From Octopus bimaculoides (taxonomy: Eukaryota), in NCBI RefSeq assembly GCF_001194135.2, contig NC_068984.1, forward strand, positions 74,807,229-74,855,583: a stretch of DNA of 48,355 nucleotides, written 5' to 3'. The translations under genes were made by a program, and so were the position numbers. Positions 27,706 to 39,810 of this stretch are shown in pieces. Each line of letters opens with the position of its first letter. Within the stretch, counting starts at the first letter, position 1. The notes below the pieces were generated by a model. That model ran no database searches. It saw only the letters and a list, made by a program, of their open reading frames with translations, and was not told the origin of the DNA.

Positions 27706-27826
27706 CCTACACATTTTTCTGCGAAATAGGGGTAGTTTATCCTGTTCAGGCTACATTATTAGCATTATTCTGCCATAAATAAGTCTACAGTCATCATTTG
27801 GCAATATATATTTTACATTTTTTCAG

Positions 27827-27883
27827 AACATAGTCAGGAGAACGGACACAATGCTTAAAATGATTATGATAAATCAGCTGGAG
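27827..27883 (+). pseudogene. Disabled repeat micro-exon 4 (57 nt): (E)HSQENGHNA*NDYDKSAG
   Basis: Paralogous acceptor and flanks, but an in-frame TAA and donor changed to GC (GGAG|gcaatt). Confidence 0.75.
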
Positions 27884-28065
27884 GCAATTATTCCTAAATC
27901 TTGACTTTTTTCCTGCTATACTGGCATCTAACGTAGTGTATTACATAAGGCTCCCGAACTACTAGCAGAAACATTAGCGCATACGAAAACATTATTTACG
28001 CCGCCTGTTCATGGTTATATATGTATGTATAGTTATATACAGACATAAAAGTAAATGCTTATTTA

Positions 28066-28174
<109 letters not shown>

Positions 28175-28444
28175 TAATATACATACATATAATGGACAAA
28201 TATGGACGTAACTAATCTGGTGGTACTCATATAGAAAGCTCTTTTAATGGATCAGGCTACAAATCACACAGTAAACCAAACCAAGAAAGTAATGTCATAT
28301 ATAGCCAGATACAGTTCAAATCCAATTGATTATGATTATTTCATTAGGGGTATACAAAATATAAAGAAAGTAGGTGGAGAGTGTTGTTTAATTGCTTAGT
28401 TTATCATATATTTTAATGCCTTCCATTTACAATGCTAACTAATG

Positions 28445-28650
28445 TTCTTTTCTACTCTTGGAACAAGGCCCGAAAATTTGGGGGATGGGGCCAGTCGATT
28501 AGATCGACACAAGTACGCAACTCTTACTTAATTTATCGATCCCGAAAGGATGAAAGAAAGGCAAAGTCGACCTTGGTGGAATTTGAAATCAGAGCGTAAA
28601 AACAAACGAAATATTGCTAAGCATTCCTCCCGGCATGCTAACGTTTCTGC
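28445..28650 (-). mobile_element. tRNA-derived SINE (same family as 4140-4360)
   Basis: atcgatcccgaaaggatgaaag..gcaaagtcgaccttggtggaatttgaa core shared with the other copies. Confidence 0.75.
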
Positions 28651-29315
28651 CTTATACTAACTAATATTGTCCATGCCCTGTCTTCCTTCATTTAATCCTA
28701 ATTTTTTTACTTTTTATTTCTTTTTATTTTCAATTCATTTGTCGTCTTGTTCATATTAGTCCCTTTACACCTTCTCCTCGACTTACGAACTAGTTCTGTT
28801 CCAACTGATACGTCGTAATTCGATCTAGTCATATGCCATATTTATATTTTTCAACAATATTTTCATTCAAACACAACTGATGCTTGGTAATGACTGAGTG
28901 AGAGGCAGTGGCAGGCAGTGGATACCTGAGTCTGGGGGAGACCTGCGTTGCCAGATGCTGCCATAGTTATTGTAACGCGCAGCTTCCCAACGTCCGAAAG
29001 TCGATTATTTATTTATTTATTTTTGTAACCGTAAGTGCGGATGGTCGTAAGTCGAGGAGAAGGTGTATTCCGTAAACAAAATATCTACAAACCTACCTCT
29101 AGTTTCGTTTTTACTTTCTCTACTATTTTTACTTCTAGGTTATCAACGATAGATATATATTCCATATATATATCTTACTATATATACCTTTTCTTCCACC
29201 ATCATAATCCACTGTCTACTTTTTAATATCTTGCTAAATCTCCCTCCTATCTTCTATATTTAGTTGCTTATTGCCTTCCATATATTTTGCATACTGACTC
29301 TGCGTTTACATATAT

Positions 29316-30906
29316 AGTAGCGGCCATAATATGAGATCAGTAAGAATAAGTGTATTGAAATGTTTATTATAGAAGATTAACAAAAGTTAGAGACTAGATA
29401 TTTTACACCTATTGAGATATATCTAATGACTATATTTCGTGCAAATTTCAAGTGAATGGGATAAATATTTCGTAAGTTATGAGGAAATAAACAAATAATA
29501 TTCCAAACTGCAACGGCCAAAAATTGAGCGTCACTTAGAAAAACAATGAAAAGTGGAAGAAGAACAAAAAAGAAACCCTTACTATTAATATTCTGTGAAC
29601 ATCTCTATACTATAAATGACCTCTGACATCTGTTACCACAGTATTGAATTAATTTCTTACAAAATGATGGAGTAATATTGTTCCGTTCGTTTTTCAATAA
29701 TTCCCGGTGATCATTTTGGTTCTTTGGATTCCTCCTTCGCGCCCCATCTCCAATAATTTTCGAAATGTTTTCTATAGGGTTCAGATCGGGACTTTGAGGT
29801 GGCCAGTCCATGAGATCAACCTCTTCATCACTCAATAAATCTTTGACTCTCTTCGCAGTGTGACAGGGTGCGTTTTCCTTCTCGAGGATAGGAAGCTGAA
29901 CTGACGAGAATCTGAGATGTGGAGAGGCATGCTGTCTAAGAATATGTTTGTAAATTTTAGCATTGACAGTCCCTTGTAGGCGAATAAGTGAACCAGGACC
30001 AGCAGCAGAGATCACTTCCCATACCATTACATTGCCTCCTCTATATTTCGTTGTCCTCTTCACACATTCACGAGATAATCTTTCGCCACTTCTTCGTCGG
30101 ACGTACATATCGCCATCGGAACCAATCACATTAAACTTCGATTCATCGCTAAAATGAATCTGCGACCAGTGTTCTTCTGTCCCAATCACATGTTCGTGAT
30201 CGAAATGAAGACGGACTATTTGATTTTTCTTGGAGATCAGATGTTTATTTGCCGGTGCCCGAGCAAGCAATCCAGTACCTCGTAACCTCCAAGAAACTGT
30301 TTTGCGCGATATGTTGACATCAGAAGTGGAGCTAAACTCGCGGGTTATCTCAGCAGCACTCTTAAACCTATCCTTCAGTGACATTGTAACGATAATACGA
30401 TCTTGTCTTGGTGAAGTTTTATGAGGTCTACCGGTTCTGGGTTTAGCATCTGTCGATCCTGACGACTTAAAACGAGCTACAATTCGTTGGACGACACTTC
30501 TAGACCTTCCTACAGTAGTTGCTATCACAGAATTTGACTTGCCCAAAATGTTGAAGGCAAACAATCGTTTGTTTTTTCTCACAGGACACCGGTCGTCTCT
30601 CACAAGACGCCATGTTGAAAGTTGAACGTTCCAATGATGTATGACCATAAAGAGTTACTGTTAACCTACTATCAGTCTTCTAAACAACAAATAGCTCGGG
30701 TAGTAGTTCATTTTTTCCTAAGTGACCCTTAACGTTTGGCCGCTGATATTTGGAAGATTGTTTATTTCCTCATAACTTACGAAATATTTATTCCATTCAC
30801 TTGAAATTTTCACCAAAGATAGATATTAGATATATCTAAATATGTGTAAAATATCTAGTCTCAACATTGGTTAATCTTCTATAATAACTATTTCAATACA
30901 CTTATA
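29316..30906 (-). mobile_element. Near full-length Tc1 (DD34E) DNA transposon with long (~200 bp) imperfect TIRs
   Basis: Inverted repeats 29346-~29570 and ~30705-30905 (ataagtgtattgaaa / tttcaatacacttat) flank a transposase with HFSDESKF and WPPQSPDLNPIEN. Confidence 0.92.
29605..30613 (-). pseudogene. Tc1 transposase, probably inactive
   Basis: Probable true ATG at 30613 (MASCERRPVSCEKKQTIVCLQH) with a 1-nt frameshift in a T run near 30545. The second catalytic Asp reads Glu (LEKENAPCH); spacing to the final E is 34 residues. Confidence 0.85.
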
Positions 30907-31084
30907 GTCGTTACATGTGAATTGTGTCGATGAAAGTAACTATGATATTTTTTTACCTGATGAGCAAGTCTTTTACCTGTGTTAATTTATAAATTATGAA
31001 ACAGAATTATATAGTCTATACAATACATATTAATATAGGTATGTAAAATAATGTGTTATTAATTATTTATTATACACTAAAATA

Positions 31085-31612
31085 CGGAGCGAAATAAGTA
31101 AATCCGACCTGCTGGGGTTGTCATTCTCTCCTCCCTCTCTCCTGGAGTGTCCCTCGCAAAGTTTAATCTAAGCAAAGAACGACCTTACAGTTTAATCTTA
31201 CCAAAGAAAGGATTTACAAGTCGCGTTGCCCAGTTAACTTACTCTGGGTGCTCTCGGTTGGCATTCTAGTAGTCACCAGGTTATCTGATTCTTTTGCCAC
31301 CGTCAAAGATTTGCCCAGGATTTTAATTCTAAAGTACATCATAATGATGCTCTGGGATGAATTGCCAGTGATGTCTGAGTGCAATTAAGGTGTTTCCATC
31401 GTTTTAACATCGGAAACAATTGCTCGCCTAGCGTATCTAGAATTGACCGAAGCCTAGCTTGAATCCGAGTAGCAGTGAACCACCGGTCCACTTTAGCCAA
31501 GCACGTATAGTAGCTTCCCTGATGATTTAATGGTGAAAACTTATTGCCCGCCTTTTTTACTGCACTAATAAATCCAAGTAGAGTCGGAGATTGGCAGAGT
31601 GAATAGCCCACT
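31085..31612. repeat. ~500-bp intronic cassette, copy 1 (no adjacent exon)
   Basis: Homologous to 35752-36228 and 37262-37752, and more distantly to 39385-39560. Confidence 0.85.
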
Positions 31613-31628
31613 AGACAACAAAAGCCTC

Positions 31629-31690
<62 letters not shown>

Positions 31691-31999
31691 TGTCACAGAC
31701 AGATCACATCAGGCACCTACACCAAATTTGTAACTGTAGAGACCCAGAAAGTTGCCCAATCAACTAGGCGTGCATTAATAGATCAGTGATTTATGAAGTT
31801 GGAGTTACTTCTGATTTTCAACATAATGTGGCTAAAAAGAAAAAATAGGTAAAGTACTACACGCACACACATACACACACAAACACACACACACACATAC
31901 AAACACACACACATACACACACACAAACCCATACACACACATACATTCATATGTACGTATGTATGCATGTATGTATGTATGTATGTATGTATATGTGTA

Positions 32000-32670
32000 T
32001 GTCATTAACCAGTTTTAATTCAAGATTTTTTGCCAATACAGAAAGAGCCGCTTTCTAACCTAGATCCAAGACACCTTCATTGAAATTTCAACATCAACAG
32101 GGTATTTTTCCATGTATATATGTATATGTGCAGTATTTTGAGTTAGTGCATGTTCAGATTTGTATGTGTTGTTTTACGTAGGTATTTTCTTACGTATAGT
32201 TACATGTCTACACATGCATGTATATACTTAACCGATAAACTTCTGGAAAATTCTACAGATTTTTACACTTCCAGTGATGGCTTGAACATTTAATCTTCGA
32301 ATCATCTTTCTTCTTACTCGTTTTGAGAAGCCTAATTTTCAAGATTGGGACTTAGGCAATATGTTACCTATCTCAATGCATCAATAATTACAGATATAAA
32401 TCTGAACTTGTAATCTGGGTAGAGTAGTTGTAGATTTCTCAATAATTCAGCGTAGGTATTTTCGTTTTACCTGAACATCTGCTGTTAACATCTGCTGGGC
32501 AGTTGATTTCCATAACTCTACGTAGTTTCTGCTCTCTATTCCAAATCCCTATATCAGGTCTATTATGTTTACATTTTATTGAGGTTTTCATTGGGACATT
32601 CCATCAATAATCCTTCCTATTAAATCATGGGTCCTTATTTCATGTACAAAATTTGTAGCAGTTGAGAAGA
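32000..32670 (-). mobile_element. REL-endonuclease non-LTR retrotransposon 3' fragment (R4/NeSL-like), degenerate
   Basis: Minus strand WWNVPMKTSIKCKHNRPDIGIWNREQKL..VMEINCPADVN...KLGFSK...QAITGSVKICRIFQKF. Confidence 0.7.
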
Positions 32671-32694
32671 TTGGTTTTCTACACTTATATTTTT

Positions 32695-33410
32695 CAACAC
32701 AATTTTCATTTAAACGCAACTGATGCTTGTTAGTGCCTGGGTGAGACAGTAGCGAGCAGTGGATGCTGATTCTGAGGGAGGCCTGTGTTGCCAGATGCTG
32801 TCATAGTAATTGTAACGCGCAGCTGCCCAACGTCCGAAAGTCGATTATTTATTTATTTATTTTGTAGTCGTAAGTGTAGATAGTCGTAAGTCGAGGGGAA
32901 GGTGTATTCCGTAAACAAAATATCTACGAACCTACCTCTAGCTTCGTTTTTACTTTATCTTCCATTTTTACTGCTAGGTTATTAACGATAACTATATAAT
33001 ATTCCACATATATCTTACTATATGTATCTTTTGTTCCACCATCGTAATCCACTGCTTACTTTTTAATATCATCCTAAATCTCTCTCCTATACTTATTGTC
33101 TTCCATATATCAGTATTACGCATGCTGACCATTTGCGTTTATATATATATATATATATATATATATGCATTGTGTCATTGAAAATAACTATATTGTTTGA
33201 CCTGATGAACAATTCCTTTTACCTGTATTAATTTATAAATTGTGCAATTGAATTATATAATTTATACTATACATATTAATACAGGCATGTAAAATAAAGT
33301 ATTATTTATTATACGTTAAAATAGTTTTCATATGATAAAGGCTTCAAAACGAACGTAGCTGTATGGATGACGATTGTTGTAATAAATATTTTTATTTTGT
33401 ACCTCTTGTC
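32695..33410. repeat. Duplicated intronic flank (paralog of 28858-29312 plus 30907-31080, and of 36229-36740)
   Basis: Shared blocks such as gttgccagatgctg...cccaacgtccgaaagtcgatt and aatatctac.aacctacctctag.ttcg. Confidence 0.85.
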
Positions 33411-33565
33411 TTTATATTTAGAAAGCGCAAAATGTGTTAGAATAAAGAAATGGATATGTTAGCCTTCTAACAAAATTTAACGATTATCAAAATATAATAA
33501 TGGAGCAAAATGAGAAGCTCTCAAAGTTGACCATATTCCTTACTACAAATTTCATACTTGACCTA

Positions 33566-33568
<3 letters not shown>
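33410..33568 (-). mobile_element. Isolated mariner 5' end, inverted relative to the mariner at 33858
   Basis: Reverse complement reads TTAGGTCAAGTATGAAAT...ctcattttgctccattattatattttga, homologous to 33858-34020. Confidence 0.8.
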
Positions 33569-33645
<77 letters not shown>

Positions 33646-33803
33646 NNNNNNNNNNNNNNNNNNNNNNNNNNNNNNNNNNNNNNNNNNNNNNNNNNNNNNN
33701 NNNNNNNNNNNNNNNNNNNNNNNNNNNNNNNNNNNNNNNNNNNNNNNNNNNNNNNNNNNNNNNNNNNNNNNNNNNNNNNNNNNNNNNTATATATATATAT
33801 ATA

Positions 33804-33857
<54 letters not shown>

Positions 33858-33861
<4 letters not shown>

Positions 33862-35046
33862 GTTGTCAAGCATAAAAATGTAGTAAGATATATGGTAAAA
33901 GTTTGACAACTTTTCATTTTGCTCCATTATTATATTTTGACAAACTTTATTTTTTGTTAGAAAGCTGAGGCATCTATTTCTTTATTCTAATTCATTTTAC
34001 GCCTTATAAAGCATTTATAAATCGTTTTTTCTTTTCTTGTTTAGAGATGAATAAAACGGAAATTCGTAGTTTTGAAATATGAGTTCTTTTTTGAAAATAC
34101 AGCATCACAGATAGCTCGGAGTATTAATGGAATATTTCATTCTTAAGTTATTACACAGCAGACAGTATCAAATTGGTTTGCAAAATTTCGTTCTGGTGAC
34201 TTTGACCTCACAAATGAGCAACGCGGTCGACCAGAAACAAAGGTGGAACTGAAAGCCATCGTTGGGTCAGATTCATCTCAGAGTGCCCGTGAATTATCGT
34301 TGTTGTTTGGTGTTAGCAAGCAAACAATATTGATTCACCTAGTTCAAATCGGTAAAGTGAAAAATTTGGATAAGTGAACTCGATGAAAATCAGAAACAGC
34401 AACGTTTAGAAGCCTGGATTATGCTGCCTTCTCGTCACAAAAATGAATCATTTTAAAATCGAATTGTAATATGTGATGAGAGATGGATCCAATACAACAA
34501 TCGTAAACGTTCAGCACAATGGTTGGACAAAGAAGTGCCACCAAAACACAGTCCAAAAACCAAAATTCATCAAACGAAGCTGATGGTGTGTGTTTGCTGG
34601 CCTGGCGCAGGTGTGATCCAGTATAATTTCATTAAACTGACTCATCAATCACAGCCAACTGGACCAAATGATGCAGCAACTTGCAAAATAACAGTCTAGA
34701 TTAGTCAACAGATCCACTCTTATTTTATTGCAAGACAACGCCAGGCCACACATCGCAAAAATTACGTTGACGAAACTACAGGAGTTGGAGTTGGAAGTTC
34801 TCCATCATCCACCATAATCACCTGATCTTTCCCTCGCTGACTACCACTTCTCCGAGAATTTGGATTACTTTTTGATAGGAAACAAATATAATTCTGACGA
34901 TGTTGTAAAACAGGCCTTCCAAGATTGTATTGACTCTAGGTTTTATTGACTCTAGCTTTTGCAATGCCGGGCTGGACAAGCTGCTGCTGAAATGGCAAAT
35001 GTGTATTGACAATGCGGGTGCATACTTAGATAAATAAAACTATTCC
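33858..35046 (+). mobile_element. Mariner (DD34D, Hsmar1/SETMAR-like) transposon, decayed; 3' TIR lost in the gap
   Basis: TA-TTAGGT terminus; ATG at 34047. WFAKFRSGDFDL...RGRP, RIVICDERW, LLQDNARPH...HPP*SPDLSLADYH (34 spacing); multiple stops and frameshifts. Confidence 0.92.
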
Positions 35047-35531
35047 NNNNNNNNNNNNNNNNNNNNNNNNNNNNNNNNNNNNNNNNNNNNNNNNNNNNNN
35101 NNNNNNNNNNNNNNNNNNNNNNNNNNNNNNNNNNNNNNNNNNNNNNNNNNNNNNNNNNNNNNNNNNNNNNNNNNNNNNNNNNNNNNNNNNNNNNNNNNNN
35201 NNNNNNNNNNNNNNNNNNNNNNNNNNNNNNNNNNNNNNNNNNNNNNNNNNNNNNNNNNNNNNNNNNNNNNNNNNNNNNNNNNNNNNNNNNNNNNNNNNNN
35301 NNNNNNNNATATATATATATATATATATATATACATACGCATATATATATATATATGTATACGTATATATTTGTATATATGTATATATGTATGTATGTAT
35401 GTATGTATACATGTGTGTGGGCATGTGTATGAGACAGAGAGAGTGAGTGAGTGAGTGAGTGAGTGAGTGAGTGAGTGAGACTGAGCCATAAATGAGTCTG
35501 CAGTTATCAGATATATTTTTATTTTTTTCAG

Positions 35532-35576
35532 AATCACACGAAACTGGTTATAATAATCATGATGACTCATCTGATG
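35532..35576 (+). CDS. Repeat micro-exon 5 (45 nt, phase 1-1): (E)SHETGYNNHDDSSD
   Basis: Acceptor atttttttcag, donor GATG|gtaatt; open frame. Confidence 0.85.
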
Positions 35577-35751
35577 GTAATTATTATTTAGTCTCAACTT
35601 TTTTTCCTGCTATACTTACATATAATGTATTGTATTATATACCCAGGAAAGGTTCGCAACTTGACAGAATCGTTAGTGCACCGGAAACTTTATTTGCGGT
35701 ATATTTTCCAGATATTTACGTTGTACATTCATCGCCCTTTTCACCTTTGCT

Positions 35752-36228
35752 CGGAGCAAAATAAGTATATCCGACCTGTTGGGGTTGTCATTCTCTCCTC
35801 TCTCCTCTCTCCTGGTGTGTCTTTCACACAGTTTAATCTTACCAAAGAAAGGATTTACAAGTCGCGTTGCCCAGTTAACTTGCTCTGGGTGCTCTCGACT
35901 GGCATTCTAGTAGTCACCAGGTTATCTGACTCTTTTGCCGCCGTCAAAGATTTACCCAGGATTTTAGTTCTAATGTACATCATAATGATGCTCTGGGATG
36001 CATCGTCAATGATGTTTGAGTGTACTTAGGGCGTTTCCATCGTTTTAATATCGGAATCACTTGCTCGTTTGACGAATCTAGAATTCAACGAGTCCCAGCT
36101 TACATCACAGTGGCAGTGAACCACGGGTTCGCTTTAGGCAAGGACACATAGTAGCCTTCTCTGCAGATTTAATAGTGAAACTTATGGCCGACCTGTTCAC
36201 TGCAATAATAAATCCAAGTCGAGTCGGA
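35752..36228. repeat. ~500-bp intronic cassette, copy 2
   Basis: Starts ~175 nt after exon 5; homologous to 31085-31612 and 37262-37752. Confidence 0.85.
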
Positions 36229-36742
36229 ACGAAATATCTACAAACCTACCTCTAGCTTCGTTTTGACTTTCTTTACCATTTTCTTCTAGGTTATTAACGA
36301 TAACTTTATAATGTCCTACATATATCTTACTAATATATACCTTTTATTTCACCATCGTAATCCGCAATTTACTTTTTAATATCTTGTTAAATCTCCTTCT
36401 TCTCTTCTATATTTTATTACTCTTTTGTCTTCCATATATCAGTATTACGCGTAATGATTCCTTGCATGTATAAATATGCATTGTGTCGATGAAAGCAATT
36501 ATGATATTCTTTGACGTGATGAGCAGCTCTTTTTACATGTATTAATTTATAAATTATGCAACAGAATCACATAATTTACACTGTTCATATTAACACAGGC
36601 ATGTAAAGTAACGTATTATTTAACATCTATTATACATTAAAATAATTTTCATATGATAAATGCTTCGAAACAATCTTAGCTGTATGGATGACAATTGGTG
36701 TAATAAATATTTTCATTTTTGTACCTCTTCGTATACTTATTT

Positions 36743-36783
<41 letters not shown>

Positions 36784-37044
36784 NNNNNNNNNNNNNNNNN
36801 NNNNNNNNNNNNNNNNNNNNNNNNNNNNNNNNNNNNNNNNNNNNNNNNNNNNNNNNNNNNNNNNNNNNNNNNNNNNNNNNNNNNNNNNNNNNNNNNNNNN
36901 NNNNNNNNNNNNNNNNNNNNNNNNNNNNNNNNNNNNNNNNNNNNNNNNNNNNNNNNNNNNNNNNNNNNNNNNNNNNNGAGAAGCAGAGAGTGACTGAGCC
37001 ATAAATGAGTTTGCAGTCATCATATATATATTTTTTTTTTTCAG

Positions 37045-37089
37045 AATCACACGAAACTGGTTATAATAGTTATGATGACTTATCTGATG
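37045..37089 (+). CDS. Repeat micro-exon 6 (45 nt, phase 1-1): (E)SHETGYNSYDDLSD
   Basis: Acceptor tttttttttttcag, donor GATG|gtaatt; 42/45 nt identical to exon 5. Confidence 0.85.
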
Positions 37090-37261
37090 GTAATTATTGT
37101 TACATCTCAACATCTTTTTCCTGATATACTGGCATCTAATGTATTGTATTATATAATCAGAAAAAGTTCGCGACCCGACAGAATTGATAGAGCACCGGAA
37201 AGTTTATATGTGGTATACTTTCCAGATATTTTTGTTATATATTCATAGTCCTTTTCACGTT

Positions 37262-37752
37262 TGCTCGGAGCGAAATAAGTAAATCCAACCTGTTGGGGGT
37301 TGTCATTTTCTCCTCCCTCTCTCCTGGAGTGTCCCTCACAAAGTTTAATCTAAGCAAAGAACGACCTTGTTGCCCAGTTAACTTGCTCTGAGTTCTCTCG
37401 GCTGGCATTCTAGTAGTTACCAAATTATCCGATTCTTTTGCTGCCGTCAAAGATTAACCTAGGATTTTAGTTCTAAGGTACAACATAATGATGCTCTGGG
37501 ATGAATCGCCAGTGGTGTTTGAATGCACTTAAGGCGTTGCCTTCGTTTTAACATAGGAACCACTTGCTCGTTTGACGAGTTTAGAATTCACCGAATCCCA
37601 GCTTGCATTCGAGTAGCAATGAACCACCAGTCCACTTTAGCCGAGGACACACAGTAGCCTCCTCCGCAGATTTAATCGTGAAGGGTATGGATGCCTGTTT
37701 ACTGCACCAATAAATCTAAGCAGAGTCGGAGATTGGTAGAGTGAATAGCCCA
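37262..37752. repeat. ~500-bp intronic cassette, copy 3
   Basis: Starts ~170 nt after exon 6; homologous to the other copies. Confidence 0.85.
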
Positions 37753-38129
37753 CTATTTCGGGAGTACGTAATTGCTGAGGATTGTTTATCACTTTTGACC
37801 AATGAGAAGGTTGACTGAGGTATGTGAGTATTTCTGTGTGTATTTGGTGGAGAAGAGGAGAAAGTGATGGAAAGGGAGGAAAGAATTGTAGTTATATGGA
37901 GATGGAGGTGTAGGTGGTGGTAATGGATTTATTTTGACATTCAGTCTGCAGATGTAAAAGATGAGTAGTACATTCCTTTGTTCGATATCATTTAAGGCAT
38001 GACTATCTCCATTGAAGTCTGGAGCAAACAGATCAGCAGGTACAGCCACTACAGCCATCAGCTGTTGGAGTTTATTGTCTGAATTGATAAATGATACTTT
38101 ATTAGGATGACCTTTTAATTATTTCTGGT

Positions 38130-38590
38130 GGTACAATGGTATAGTGTATAACATCCTAAATATTGACTGGTTTGTTTATTTGTTTATGTACCCGGCATAA
38201 TGAAATGGGAGCTTTTTTTTACATATTCAAAACGTTTCCCGTAAACAAATTTAAAAGATATACACGTATATTTCTTTTATTTCTTTTGTGCGCTTCAGCT
38301 ATAGCGCTGTGGTCTTTCTGGAAGCACCACGTGATTTTGTACCTTTTCCACAGCTTTTTTTTTTTTTTGGCTGATTTATTTACGCCAGACATTGACCCCG
38401 GTAAATTGACTGCTTTGTCCACATGCATGCAAGAATTTTGCGGTAACCAGGAAGCACAATTATGTTGGCTTACTGTTCCATTCAGCTTAGACAGTGATTC
38501 ATCAGACCACACTATAGTATCCAAGCCGTTTTATCACAGTCGCTTACAATAACATCAAGAAGTCAAAAGAAAGTTTGCAGTTTTTAAAAT
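38130..38590 (-). mobile_element. Tc1/mariner-superfamily transposase relic (maT/rosa-like)
   Basis: IVWSDESLSKLNGTVSQHNCASWLPQNSCMHVDKAVNLPG resembles the first catalytic Asp region (WSDE.xFxLNGxVNxHNCxYWxxxNP). Confidence 0.65.
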
Positions 38591-38669
38591 CTCAAAATAA
38601 TGCCCATTGTCTATTTCATAAGTCAACAAAGTTTTCAGTGTCACACGTTACCAACAGTAAAAATTATGG

Positions 38670-39025
38670 TCATTTTAAGACGTTTCCTTCACAACGACGT
38701 GGTTCCGGATTCAGTCCCACTACGTAGCACTTTAACTTCGGGTCGACCAAGGCCTTGCGAGTGGATTTGGAAGATGGAAACTGAAAGAAGTCTGTCATAT
38801 ATGTATATATCTATTTGTGTCCGTATTTGTATCCCACCGCTTCTTAACCACTAGTGTTGGGAAGTTTATGTCCCTGAAACTTAGCAGTTTGGCTATAATC
38901 AAACGATAGAGTAAGGACTAGGTTTTTTAAAAAATAAGTCCAGGGGTCGATTTGCTCTACTTAAACCGTTCAAGGCGGTGCTCCAGAATGAAAGCAGTCA
39001 GATGACTGATACAAGTAAAAGATAA
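38670..39025 (+). mobile_element. OK-like SINE, degenerate
   Basis: Homologous to 4713-5112 (ggttccggattcagtcccactacgtagcac...ggggtcgatt...gtgctccag). Confidence 0.75.
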
Positions 39026-39158
39026 AAAGGGAAAAGCCATTCACATGGTAAAAAGGTTAAAAGAAACAGACATCATCCCTTGATGTCTGAATAAATTTAG
39101 ACATAAGTGACTCTACAGTTCAACATACAGCCAAACACAACTTTACATTTTTTTTCAG

Positions 39159-39218
39159 AATCTTCCGAAAATATTTATAAGGACATGCATGATTATGGTG
39201 ATGATGACTCAGCTGAAG
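39159..39218 (+). CDS. Repeat micro-exon 7 (60 nt, phase 1-1): (E)SSENIYKDMHDYGDDDSAE
   Basis: Acceptor cattttttttcag, donor GAAG|gtaatg; downstream gtaatgatggttaaatctcga is paralogous to the other exon flanks. Confidence 0.85.
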
Positions 39219-39741
39219 GTAATGATGGTTAAATCTCGATATATTGCATTTCCTGCTAAACTAATATATTGTATTCTATAGCTAGAAAAGCCTCTCAAAC
39301 TGACAGAGCCGTTTGAGCATCAGAAAAAAAATTATTTGCAGCATTTCTTTCACATATTTACGGCATACATTCGTCGTCGTTTTATTCCGTTTACTCGGGG
39401 CAAAATATATAAACCTGATCTGTCGGTAATCGCATTCTCTCCTCATCTTCTCTTTGGAGGTGTGCGTCATTTGATTTGATCTTAGCAGAGAAAAGGTTTG
39501 CGAGTTGGATAGCTTGCATAAATTGCTCTGAATGGCGTCTAACGAAAGCAACTAAACAAAAGCTTCAAAGTTTTTGTTATCATATTCCTCGCAAGAATAT
39601 GTTTAATAATCAACCGAAAGCTATTTCGTAATCCTTCACTTAATGTTGATTATTTTATTTTATTATATAAGTGTACATGAAAACAGCCATTCATATATAT
39701 GTGTGTGTGTGTGTATGCATACACACACAGACATTACATAC

Positions 39742-39810
<69 letters not shown>

